64,000 nucleotides of DNA from Podarcis cretensis (Eukaryota). The notes beneath the pieces were generated by a model. The model did not search any database, had not been told where the DNA came from, and saw only the letters and a list, made by a program, of their open reading frames with translations. Numbering within the stretch: position 1 is the first letter of the stretch; each line of letters starts with the position of its first letter. The stretch is taken from the NCBI GenBank assembly GCA_951804945.1, contig OX638152.1, forward strand, positions 46,376,001 through 46,440,000, read 5' to 3'. The position numbers were made by a program, and so were the translations under genes. Positions 1 to 11,665 of this stretch are shown here, piece by piece.

Positions 1-1143
1 TCATATGTTTATACAGATTTGTTAATAAAGGTTTTAAATGGAACTGAACAACTTGTCAACATGCAGGAAAATTCTGGTCTAGAGACTCCATGTAGGAGCC
101 AGAGTTGTGAGAAATAAGTCAACAACAAAAAAGGTATTACTTAATACTGCCTTTGTGCATTTCACTTTTTCACCTATTGTTTAATGAGATCTGTCAGATC
201 AAAAGTTCCTTTGAGTTTCAATAACTGAAAGCAATAATGGTGAAATACGTCTGAAGCAACCACATGATTTAATTTGGAAACTTTTTGGATAGGGAAGTTG
301 TAAAAGCAATGCGAACAACTCGTCCTTTGTTCACAGAAGTACAGAAATGCTTTTGGTCAATTTGCAAAACCACAGCAATTAGTTGAAAATGAAGTCATGC
401 ATTGTTTTCTCATGAATACTTTTACGCTTAGGTCTGACCTATTTTCATAGGGAAAGGAATATTAATATTTTAGGGTATTTTGTTTAAACAAGCAGAGTCC
501 TGAGTGACTTTCTGACACTTTGTAGATACAGGTGCAGATTAAGGCTTGTTTTTAAAATGTCTGCTTTTGGTGTCCAAGATAGTATAGCAAGCTAGTTCAT
601 AAGGGCTTTACCTTTTTAACTTGTCGTTACCTGTATTAATCCTTTGAGACACCAATATAAAGTAAAGGAATCTATGATTGGCCCATTATTTTTATTTTAA
701 ATCCAAATCCCATATTAGGGCAGTGCTTTGAGTAGGCTAAAACTGCCATAAAATAGTGTTCAAATGTTCAGATTCTCTAGAACATTTCTCTAGAACTAGT
801 AAAAAAAGTAAAGGTGGTTGGTGGAGCTTGGCTGGTGGTGAAACCAAGGCATCTGCATCAGTCAGAAGCATACAGGTTCCTTGGTATGCAGTTTTTATAT
901 TATCAAAGTTGGAGATAAAGTTTAGGCTAGATCATTATTAGGTAGACCAAAGTGGTGTGCTTGCTAGTACCTCCTATGGTTCCCACAATTGTTTTATGGA
1001 AATATCGCTTCAAAAATCCACAACGCATGATAGTGCTTTTCCTGCTCTGCTCCATTTTCACTGACTTAACCTCTCTTACATTGAATATGCCCTTTTAAAG
1101 ATGTCACATTTCACTGGATGCCAGGAGTGTCCACCCTCCCTCT

Positions 1144-1369
1144 TAGGGCTGCCATACGTCCGGATTTACATATCCGGAATACTGAAGTCGGAAGCAGTGT
1201 CTGGGCGGAAATCACTAAAATCCGAACGTGTATCAACCCATGTCAGCAGTTTCAGTTTTGGCGATCTTCCTTCAAAACAGCCAAATAGCCAATATTTTTT
1301 TTGTGAATTTGCCCAGAGCTTAACAACTTTTATTTCCTGATTTTCACTGTTTGAAATATGGCATCCCTA
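1144..1369. mobile_element. Non-autonomous DNA transposon (MITE), hAT/Tip100-like termini
   Basis: 13-bp terminal inverted repeat TAGGGCTGCCATA ... TATGGCATCCCTA (12/13 match); CpG-richer than flanks; 8-bp flanks only partly similar (CTCCCTCT / CTCACATC). Confidence 0.7.
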
Positions 1370-1570
1370 CTCACATCTCTTTTGTTCTAAGCAGAGGAGG
1401 GAGGTGCAATAACTTTTCTCTGTGAGTGAGTATGGCAGTGGCTGAAGAAGGAGGGACATGGCTGCAGCCTTTTGTGGTCTAGTTTTTTCTTCTTGTCTTT
1501 TACATGTGACAGCAATTTTGTGTTAAACCTCCACACCTCCATTTTGTGACTGGCCCCATGGAACTTTCTC

Positions 1571-2608
1571 TCTCTCTCTCTTTAAAATATGTTTTTATTA
1601 AACAATTTCAACCAAACAAATTATACAAATAATTAATTACTTTATTTCTCCCCTTTTTATTACCCCCTATCCCTCCCTGCCCAAGACTTCCCTCAGATCC
1701 CCTTTCTGATTTGTTTGCACATATTGTTCTCTGCATGTAAAAAACTGTACATATCATTACGTCATCTGTCCTATATTCTATTAATAAATTTCTGGATGTT
1801 TATTCAAAACCTGCCAAGGAGTCCAAATCATTTTGTTCTTTTTTTAAAATAGTCTGTAAAAAGTTTCCAATCTTCTTTGAAGTCCCAATTGTCCTTCTCC
1901 CATAGTTTATGTGTCAGCTTTGCCAACTCTGCATAACTCATCAATTTTTCTTGGCATTGTTCTTTCGTTGTGATTTCCTCCTTCCATCCTTGTGCTAACA
2001 AGACTCTTGCCGCTGTTGTAGCATACATAAATAAATTATTTGGTTTTTAGGCAGGTCTTGTCCTAAAATCCCTAACAAAAATGCTTCAGTTTTCTTTATA
2101 AATGTCATTTTAAACATTCTTTTTCAATTCATTATATATCATTTCCCAAAAATTTTTAACTTCTCTACATTCCCACCACATATGATACATAGTACCTTCT
2201 TTTTCTTTACATTTCCAACATATATTTGACCCGGTTTTGTACATTTTTGCTATTTGTACTGGTGTGATATACCATCTATACATCATTTTCATATAATTTT
2301 CTTTCAGAAGAGAACAATCTGTAAAATTCAAATCCACTTTCCACAACTTTTCCCAATCCTCCAATTGTATATTGTGTTCAGTATCCTGTGCCCATTTGAT
2401 CATGACTCCTTCTTGAGCAGCTTCACTTCTATAACCTCCTTTTGGAATCTAGAAGTTGTATAACTAAACCCTTTTTTTTGTTATCTTCTTTATACATTTC
2501 ATATAATTGTCTAATGCAGCCAACTCTGAAATGGTCTTTAATTTCCTCGTAGTCTTTTAATTTCCATTTCCCTTCTTGATCTCTCAATAACTCTCTAATG
2601 TAGGCCAA
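1571..2608 (-). mobile_element. 5'-truncated L1/Tx1-clade LINE (ORF2 C-terminus plus 3' UTR)
   Basis: Minus-strand ORF pieces 2429-2608, 2110-2403 and 1828-2028 read as one broken ORF2 tail with a CCHC knuckle. AATAAA signal near 1593-1598 on the minus strand. TSD ATGGAACTTTCTC (1558-1570) / ATGGGACTTTCTC (2609-2621), 12/13. Confidence 0.88.
1828..2608 (-). pseudogene. Disrupted L1-like ORF2 C-terminal domain (zf-RVT-type zinc knuckle)
   Basis: CWKCKEKEGTMYHMWWEC fits C-x2-C-x8-H-x4-C; motifs KMMYRWYITP and ARVLLAQGWK are typical of non-mammalian L1 ORF2 ends; split over several ORF pieces. Confidence 0.85.
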
Positions 2609-2856
2609 ATGGGACTTTCTCAGATGTGCCCACACTGACCCAAAAAGTGATCCTTGGGCTAGATGGTTAACAAAGCAAAAGTGTGTGTGTGTATTACAAA
2701 TTTGGCTAGCAATGAAACCATAGTCAAAGTCTCTAGATAAAAATATAGTAGATTGGAGCATAAATGCCCTGATCCAGCAAAGCAGGTTGTATGCAGTGCA
2801 GGTGGGGTATGCTGGCGGGACACAACTGGTTGCACCACAGAAGGGCAGCTAGTCCA

Positions 2857-2989
2857 TAAGGTTATCAGATCTTTTTAAATGAATCCGGGGACACTTTTCA
2901 ACTTCCTACTAAATAGATGGATTTTGTCAGGGGACTGATTTATAAATCCAGGGACTGTCCCCGTGAAACGGGAACGTCTGGTAACCTTA
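2857..2989. mobile_element. Short MITE, hAT/Tip100-like
   Basis: TIR TAAGGTTATCAGA ... TCTGGTAACCTTA (12/13); repeated GGGAC subterminal motifs; AGCTAGT present on both flanks (2847-2853, 2990-2996). Confidence 0.75.
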
Positions 2990-4076
2990 AGCTAGTGGGA
3001 AGAAGGCTTAGTTAGACCCATCTTCCTGTGAAGCATTTTCAGTGCAGCTCCTCTCTGCCCTATCAACACTGCAGTGAGGGAAGGCTGGGAAGGAATTACA
3101 GGAACATTTGGAGGTAAGGCTGTGGTGATGATCAAAGCACTTGGGTAGATATGTGTGGGAGGAGATGGTCCTTTTAGATAATAGAGCTCTAAATTGCTTA
3201 GAACATTAAACCTAAGCATTAGTACTTTGAAATGAGCTCAGAATAGAATGGCAATAGATTGATAACAAAGACACTTAATGATAGCTGCAAATATATTTAT
3301 CCTGAAAGCAAAATCATGGAGATTCATAATATCCCTAATCTTCTTTCAAGGTAGCACCTTAGGTATGTACAGTAATTGTATTTGTTAGGCATAGCTATGA
3401 GTTCAAATTCAGAAAACGTTAACATGCAAAAATATTCTCAATGGGATTTTGCTGATAAGTATCTCTAAATCGTACTCTAAATCGTACTCTTAAACACTAA
3501 TTAAGAGATCTTGCTAAGCAGCCACGTATAACTTTTATTTTTTATAATATCAACTCTGTTTTTTAATTTGCTTTTAAAGCAGGATCTTCAAAGCAGATTT
3601 GGATATGGCACAGAAACTGACTGCTTAAAAAAGATTAAAGATACATAATGTGAATTATTGGATTATGGTTTATCGGAATTAGTATTCGCCACTTTTACAA
3701 AAACCATCTGACTGTTACGTGGCACAAAGATCTAGAGTATTTCAAATGTTTACACTACCTGTGGTATTGGCATGAAATCTTCAACCACTATAGAGAAAGT
3801 GCTTGTTATTTATAAACCAATATAATGTGGAGCTAAGCTTATATCTATATTAGCTTTACTAAGAATACTGAACATTTAAAGAAGATGCTAACCCAATTTC
3901 ATGCTCATTTTATCATAATCTGGAAAATCACTGAGTGACATAGAAAAAGCAAATCAGTATTTTAATCTTGCAAAATAATTTCAGATAGCTGTTTAGAATA
4001 AGTATGATGTACATCATTCCTATGCATACACAATCTGGATTTCTTTTTTTTTTTTTGCAAACAATTTATGTAATTG

Positions 4077-4287
4077 AGCCAGTGTGGCATAGTGGAAGAC
4101 CAGGTTTCAAATCCTTACTCAGCCATCAGTACTTACTGGGTGACCTTGAGCCAGCCACTGCCTCTCAGCCTAACCTACCTTACAGGGTTGTTGTGAAGAT
4201 TAAATGAGGAGGGGGGAAACCATGTATGTCACTTTGAGCTCCTTGAAGAAAAAGGTAGGATTTAAATACAGCAAATTAATAAATGAA
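4077..4287 (+). mobile_element. MIR-like CORE-SINE with L2-type tail (Squam3-like)
   Basis: Degenerate tRNA head (GTGTGGCATAGTGG ... GTTTCAAATCC), CORE motif GGGTGACCTTGAGCCAG...CCTACCTTACAGGGTTGTTGTGAAGATTAAATGAG, tail TTTGAGCTCC...GGATTTAAAT...AATAAAT. Confidence 0.8.
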
Positions 4288-4946
4288 TATTGCTGGCAGC
4301 ACCATTTAATGGATAAATCTACTTTCTATCTGGGAGCCGATTGCAGTATTTCAGGAAGTAGGAGACCTTACATTGATTAGAAAATTAAAGTTTATATAAC
4401 CCCCCCGAACATGTTGAATTATGAATAAGTACAGTTATCACCAATCTGGTTTCCAGGTTTGCAGGATCACACTTTAATTCCTTAAAGTTTAAAAGTGCAT
4501 TGAAGGCAATCAGCATAGTGTTGAAGTTAATGCTAGCAAAATGCCATGGTGATTTTTAATTTATTTTTATTGTACTGACCTTCTCTGGAAGTAGGTGATG
4601 CACATCCTTCTTCATGAAAACTAAAAATTATCAGGATGGAAACTTCATACTTGATTTTATTCTTTTTGTTATTGTTGTTAAAGCAAATTTAAGCCCTGCT
4701 AATAAGAGAAGAACCATCTATGTTACACTGAATTTTCGAATTCACATTTTAATGTTCAGTTGAATAGTCTTCTACATTCCATCTTACACACAACACTTAT
4801 AACACCAGTGCCACCCTTTGCAGAAAAGCTGTTTCATGTATTTTGTGCAATATATACGGAATCAGGGTTGAAAGGAACCCTAAGATCCTCTGATTGAAAT
4901 CCCTGCTTTGAGACAACCCAAACAATCAAGGCCATTATGTGTTTTA

Positions 4947-5313
4947 GCGGGTGGCACTGAGCCTCTTGGTCTTCCCGATTGGAAGATTGGTGGTTCGAAT
5001 CCGCATAACGGGGTGAGCTCTCGTTGCTCTGTCCCAGCTCCTGCCAACCTAGCAGTCCGAAAGCATGCCAGTGCAAGTAGATAAATAGGTACCGCTGTGG
5101 TAGGAAGGTAAACTTTGTTTCCATGCGCTCTGGCGCCTGTCATGGTATCACGTTGTGCCAGAAGCAGTTTAGTCATGCTAGCTACATGACTCGGAAAGGT
5201 GTCTGTGGACAAACTCCAGCTCCCTTGACCTGAAAATGAGATGAGCACCACACCTCATAGTCAACCTTTGACTGGACTTAACCATCCAGGGGTCCTTTAC
5301 TGTTTACGTTTAC
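4947..5313 (+). mobile_element. Sauria SINE, older diverged long variant
   Basis: B-box GGTTCGAATCC, body CCTGCCAACCTAGCAG...GTGCAAGTAGATAAATAGGTACC, degenerate (ACCTTT)n-type tail; homologous to the other copies in this window. Confidence 0.9.
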
Positions 5314-5467
5314 AGAAAATAGCACACTGCAGAAAAGTGTTTATTGAGGAAAGTAATTTGAAATTACTCACAAAAATAAGACAAGCCAAAGGATGCTGAG
5401 CAGTGAAGATTCCTTCTTAACTTTAAATATTATAGTTGGTAGATGTTCATGTACAATAAAGCATGGA

Positions 5468-5490
5468 TTGTTGTTGTTGTTGTTGTTGTT
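5468..5490. repeat. (GTT)n microsatellite
   Basis: About 7 tandem TTG units. Confidence 0.9.
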
Positions 5491-8400
5491 ATTTATTCCA
5501 GAAACATCATGTAACCTAGGTTTGCTAGTCCATGAGACCCAGCATGTTTAAAAATAGCCTCACTCGTCATGGCATCCAATTCTGTGATAGTTAGAAGTTC
5601 TTCTGTACATTTTTACTGCAGATTGAATACATCTTGGCTGACTGTGGGTGTATTTTCTAGGTTTGCTCCATTTGTAAGCCAAGAATTTCATATTTCATCC
5701 CTGTGTGTGTGCAGGCACGTGCATATGTCCCTTTCTGACTTTTACCATTTAATAAGCATTAAACACTTAGCTAATGTTTTCTAAGCCAAAGGGTTCCAGC
5801 TGTTGCAACAAATATATTTCCACAGAGAGGCAACATAAGACAGCCAGAAATGCTCGTCTAGGAAACTGGAAAAAGTTTGATCTGAAAAATGTTTGATCTG
5901 AGATCTTGTTGACCAACTGAAAAGCTAGGTAAAGACAATTTATATATGTTTTTATATAGCATATCTTCCTCTTAATATCTGAAAATTAACAACGACTTGC
6001 TTCACAGTAGTTTCCTAACAAGGCATGGTATTCTTGAAATATTTTATTGTATCATGAGTCTGGTTTTATTCCAACTCCTGCTGTATACATACATGCTGGC
6101 CTCCAGAGTAGCATTGCGAGACTGCGCTTTGGAACTCCTTTGAACTTTTGTAAACAAAAATTTATTGATGATGGTGACTTCTTCTTGTTGAAAGGTTCCA
6201 ATGTATGGCTTTTGAAGCTTTGGCAAACATGTTGACCATTTATAGTCAATATGTCAACCCACATCTTAAATATAAGGCTTCAGGTTATTTGCAAAATGCT
6301 AACAAACGTATATGTAAAATTTTCTGATGTTAGGACTTTAGCAGCATGAAAATGTTACCAGGGGAGTGACCATTATATTACCTAATTAAATTTTGTCCAG
6401 AGACTTTTCATACTAATGTATGTAATTTTACTAATTCATTTGAAAGAAAGCATTATTAAACATAACTGTATTATGCATTAAGTGGAAAAATGTTAATTTC
6501 CAATAGAGTACAGGTAAGATTTCTAAACTGATATACGCCAATTAGACATAACTGTTTTAATCTTCTTTATAGTGCTAATAGCACTTTATTTAAAAATTAA
6601 TTACAAGACACAGGTGCAGACTAAATCATGCTGGAATATCTGAATGACCCTGCCTTTCTCTGAAAGAAAATGTCAACATCTACTTGAAAAAGAGCTGACT
6701 TTGAGCTAATTTTCATTTACTTGTGCACCTGATGCATCCCCTCAAATGTGTCTCCTCCAGGCATATGTTCCCATAAACAGTTGCACTTTTAAAAACTAAG
6801 TAAAATTAAAAAGCTTTATAGTGCTGAAGGAATTAGCTACAAAATGGAAACAGTGATGTGTTGAAACACTATGTGTAATTACAGTCCTTAGAAGAAGTAA
6901 TTCCTTCAGTTGAGAACTAGGGGAGCTAGAATGGGAGGAAGGAATTTGGAGAAATTATGCCTGTTAACGACAGAAGGGCAGGAGTAAAAGCTGAAGACAT
7001 TTTGGAAGTGGAGAGAGATGCCATCTATTGAAAGGCAGAACTCAAAAAGTTACTGAGTAAATATCAGTCACATGTGACCTATTTTATCTTTGTACTGCAC
7101 TAAGGTCTGTCTAGAAGTAGACTCGGATAAAAAGTACATACTGCTACTGGGTTATGTTTTGACATGGTTGGTTTATATACAGCTACTGCTGAGAGGCTTT
7201 TTAAAAAACTGTTAAAGCAAATACTGTTCCAGAAAGGTGGCAGAGAAATAGCAAGCTGATTTAAAGAGCAATCCATTTACTGTAAAATTATACCACAAGG
7301 AAAGGAAATTAGCATTAATACCAATGACACAGGGAGGAAGAATTGTAGTGTAAGTACTCAAAAGTATATCCGATAAAGCTGGGGTACCCTGCAACACTGA
7401 TATTGCTTAGAATAAAATGCCAGGGCTCCTGGCTGAACTAATCTACAATTTATTATAGCCTTTCACAAATATTTAAAAGGTAGCTCTAAATTAGACAGCT
7501 TTTGGGTGCAGGTGTCTCTGCTAAAATGAACAGTTATACCTTGCATTGTATATGCTACATAACAAGACAGGTGGTAATCCATCTTCTCTAGAAGAAGCAG
7601 CTGGTGTTTTCTTTGGGTTTCTGTACTGCTTTTCAGCGGAGTCCTACCAACAGCTGATATCTTGCTTATTAGTATAATCTAAAGTATGTAGATGTTATTC
7701 AGTCCAGCCCTGTGCAGTGTCTGGGGCAAAGTACAAGACACCTTATCCATAAGCATGTCAGAGTGTATACTTAATACAAATAGAAATCCATATTATCATA
7801 ATTGGCATTTCCACCAATGCATCATATTTGGTATAAGATTGCAAATTAAATGATGCAATCCAAGTCATACTTTTTGCATACAATTTAGCTTACTTTTAGG
7901 AACCAGTTTATATCAAAGATCTCTTAAATGACACTGCCCATTCCTTGAGATCATGGCCTGTGCTATAGTAATTGGGCAAGAGAGACTGAGTTGTTATAAT
8001 ATAATACAACGCCCTACCAAAGGAAATCTGCCCGACCACATCACTGTTTGCTTTTCAGTGAATAGCAAATACTGTAATATATTTGCAGTTGGCATTTTTT
8101 TTCCTTTTTCTTTCTAAAATTATTTCTCTTTTGTTAACTTTTTTGGTTTACTTCAACAGCTGCCATGGCTTGTAATTTAAGGACTCTGATAATGTTATGT
8201 TACTTTAATTCTGTTACGTTGTTTGCCATTTTTAATTGAAAGACAGGATTAAAATGTTGAAAAGGTTTCTGTTTTGCTGCTCTTTCATAGATAGTCCATT
8301 CACTGGCAGTCTTTGCGGCCCTAGAAGGCACCCCTTATATTGGCCATATCCCATTAGATCAATGTATGCATTAAATCATGGTTCAGTCTTGCTGCTGTTC

Positions 8401-8780
8401 CTTGGAGTCTAAAGCACTCTGCTGGTAGATAAAAATATAAAGACCTAACCAGTCTTGCCATCAGATTGTTTAGCTCACTGTTTCTTACAACTCAATCCTA
8501 AATTGAATTTTCTCAGTTTGTGCTATCAACCCTGTGAGATATTTTTGCTGAAAGGGACATATTCAAAGTTCCGCACATGCTTATGGAGGGTTTGAACTCA
8601 AATCTTCCCCAACCATGACCATATCTTATCCATTACATCATATTAGCTTCAACAGACGTTGGAATGGTGAAAAACATTAAGCTTTGGGCATAGAATGTAC
8701 ATTGGCTTCAACAAATAAAAAGACAAGGGTTTCACACTTTGCTGGTTTTAGTCAAAATAAGATGATATTATTGCCCATAA

Positions 8781-9141
8781 AGGTAAGGTAAAGGTACCCC
8801 TGCCCGTACGGGCCAGTCTTGACAGACTCTGGGGTTGTGCGCCCATCTCACTTAAGAGGCCAGGGGCCAGCGCTGTCCGGAGACACTTCCGGGTCACGTG
8901 GCCAGCGTGACATCGCTGCTCTGGCGAGCCAGAGCCGCACACGGAAACGCCGTTTACCTTCCCGCTGGTAAGCGGTCCCTATTTATCTACTTGCACCCGG
9001 AGGTGCTTTCGAACTGCTAGGTTGGCAGGCGCTGGGACCGAGCAGCGGGAGCGCACCCCGCCGCAGGGATTCGAACCGCCGACCTTTCGATCGGCAAGCC
9101 CTAGACGCTGAGGCTTTAACCCACAGCGCCACCTGCGTCCC
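8781..9141 (-). mobile_element. Sauria SINE, full-length young copy
   Basis: 5' end GGGACGCAGGTGGCGCTGTGG, B-box, ACCTTT tail; perfect 12-bp TSD TATTGCCCATAA (8769-8780, 9142-9153); CpGs intact. Confidence 0.97.
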
Positions 9142-11015
9142 TATTGCCCATAACAATAGAGTTAATCATGACAGGTTTCTGGTGAGAAAAAGGAAAACTG
9201 TTTTTCAGCTTTAGTGTATGACATTTAATATTCACCCTGAAGGGACATTATCTTTTTGAAATGTTACTCATTCATAGCTACATACAGCACACAACTACAT
9301 AAATGTTGTATGTCTTTATTTTAGTACATTTATTATAGACTTCAACAATGAAGGGGATGAAAAAATGATTGATTGGAAATCTGATTTTGCTTATATTAGT
9401 CTTAGTTTAATTGCAAATTATGACGTTTGTGCATGCAAACAGAGCTTAGTTGATGTTTTAGACACTGAAGCTGATTAAAAAATAGTTTTCTAATGTAAAC
9501 TGGTTTAGCTGAACAGTGCAGGGTATTAAAACACGAAAATATATGTAACATTGTATTTCAGGATTTGGGATAAAACACATAACAAAATATTGGTATTTTA
9601 TAAAGTAGAATAATGGATAAAAAATAGTTGTCAGAAAGCTTAACTGCTTCAGTTATCACTATTTCTTTTTTAGTGCTTTAGCTTTCAAAATAAGCAAATT
9701 TATAGTAGGTCATGAGCTAGTACATAAGCATTAGCATGGTAGCATTTCGTAGTCCAAAACCCAACTCTTTATACATGCTTATAATTGATCAAAATGTGGT
9801 TAAAAGCAACGCTACCTAAATAAATTTGGTTTAAATAATGCAGTTGTCTTAGTAATAAGAGCCACTAAATAATAGCTAGATTTCTTAATTAATGAAGTTC
9901 CAGATGGCAACCCTTTTTTTGGGAATCTGAATAATAATAGTGTGAAGATACTGCTTTGTTGAGATAATTAAGACATAGAATTTATTCAAGCTACAATGTT
10001 GACAATACATACTATAATCTGCGATTATAAAGTGAAAATATTAAATTGCATTTAAATATTTAAACAGCAAATAAATTGATAGTGACCAGGGCTGTTACAG
10101 TCTTTCCCAAAGGGTGTTTTCCTATGGGTTTTTATAGCTATTTAGTTCCAGAATGTTGGCCTCTTGACCCTTTGAACATCACAATTTGAAAATTATTTGA
10201 AGCTTCTCTGCATTTAGAAATAAACAGAAATCCAACAGTGTGTGACTGCCAGCAGAAAGCACTTCCATTTGCTCAGTGGGCCTCCTCTGTCCTCAACACA
10301 ATTATGGTGAAGCAAGAAGGCAGGAGCATGTGAATACTTGTAGGAAAAATTGTGGCTATTTGCTCTTTGCCCGATTTTCCTGGAGCTAAGCCATGGTTTT
10401 GCTTAATATTGCATCCCATTCCAGGCTTGTGGTTTGTCTCACACCGAAGAAATCACAAGCAGTAGCCAGGCTTCGTTCTTGACTTACTGCTTTGGGAGAG
10501 ACAAACAGCAGAGATGTTTGTCACCCTTGCGCATGACAAAACGTACATCTCCAAAGGTTTTCACCAACTTCTCTGCTTCTGTCACCTTTTCAAGTCCAGC
10601 ACCCTAGGCCTCAGCAGATCAAATATGTTTCCTGGACCTGGTTCATTTCACCAAGCACACAACCATGACTTCTCCAGGAGACAGTTGTATGTGTGTCTAC
10701 ACCTTTGTGCATAGCCCCCATTGGCGCTACTTACTTTCTAGCTTTGTATGTATTTTTCTTGATTGGGTTTGATAACCTGGAAAGCTACATTATGTACTAT
10801 ATGAAGGTGGGAGAGTTGACTTCATAATTGTCAAGAATATAACTGCCCCAAAACACAAAAGATAATCTTATAATGCAAATGATATTTCAGAGCAGTTGCT
10901 GAGGCACAATTCTGCATAAATAACTTCTAACTGCTCTTTTAAGGGTACATTGTAAACCAAGTGAACCATCAAGAAAATTCATAGAGACTTTATTAATAAA
11001 CACTTCTTTTAAGTA

Positions 11016-11260
11016 CAGTGGTACCTCGGGTTATATACGTTTCAGGTTACATACGCTTCAGGTTACAGACTCCGCTAACCCAGAAATAGTGCTTCAGGTT
11101 AAGAACTTTGCTTCAGGATGAGAACAGAAATTGCGTGGCGACAGCAGTGCAGCAGCAGCGGGAGACCCCATTAGCTAAAATGGTGCTTCAGGTTAAGAAC
11201 AGTTTCAGGTTAAGAACGGACCTCCAGAATGAATTAAGTACGTAACCAGAGGTACCACTG
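11016..11260. mobile_element. Tc1/mariner (pogo/Tigger-like) MITE
   Basis: TIR CAGTGGTACCTC-G/T-GGTTA ... TAACCAGAGGTACCACTG; TA target duplication on both sides (11014-11015, 11261-11262). Confidence 0.93.
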
Positions 11261-11554
11261 TATCTCAGATGTATATGTGTAATAGCTATAGTATCAGATC
11301 TAATAGAAAAACACATGGCCCATTAAGACTAGAACCGATAATGCTCTTACAGTGCTGTCCTAGAAAATATTTATATCCTTGGTTATAAAAACTTATCTAT
11401 GTTGATTGTAGCTTTCTCCAGGGCTTATCATTAGATTAGTTGTGACAATACATTGCCATTAATTTGCAAATAAGTGTAGTATTATTGACCAAAGTATTGA
11501 AATGAGTTTGAAAGTCGGTCTCTGGAATTTTGCCTTTGCTATCCTCATAGCACA

Positions 11555-11665
11555 ATGGCCAATGTGGTGCCATTCAGATATTGCAGGAATTCCAACTCCC
11601 TTCAAACACAGGCAGCATGGTTGTAGCCCACATCTTCTGGATGGCCACAAATTAACCAGCCCTGC
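11555..11665. mobile_element. Degenerate ~130-bp hairpin hAT MITE
   Basis: Shares CAACTCCC...CAGCATGG...TTGTAG(T/C)CC...CATCT..GGA with the better-preserved copy at 45067-45202. Confidence 0.5.

Noticed and set aside
4880-5251. Recurrent peptide family (CFRTARLAGAGTEQRELT) in several ORFs
   Set aside because: It is the antisense translation of the non-coding Sauria SINE body, not a gene family.
9060-9141. tRNA gene (B-box GGTTCGAATCC)
   Set aside because: It is the tRNA-derived head of a SINE, continuous with the SINE body and flanked by TSDs.
10370-10700. Old palindromic repeat with AACCATGG-type motifs (similar at ~36490-36720 and ~41950-42080)
   Set aside because: Probably decayed DNA-transposon remnants, but boundaries and family cannot be supported by eye.
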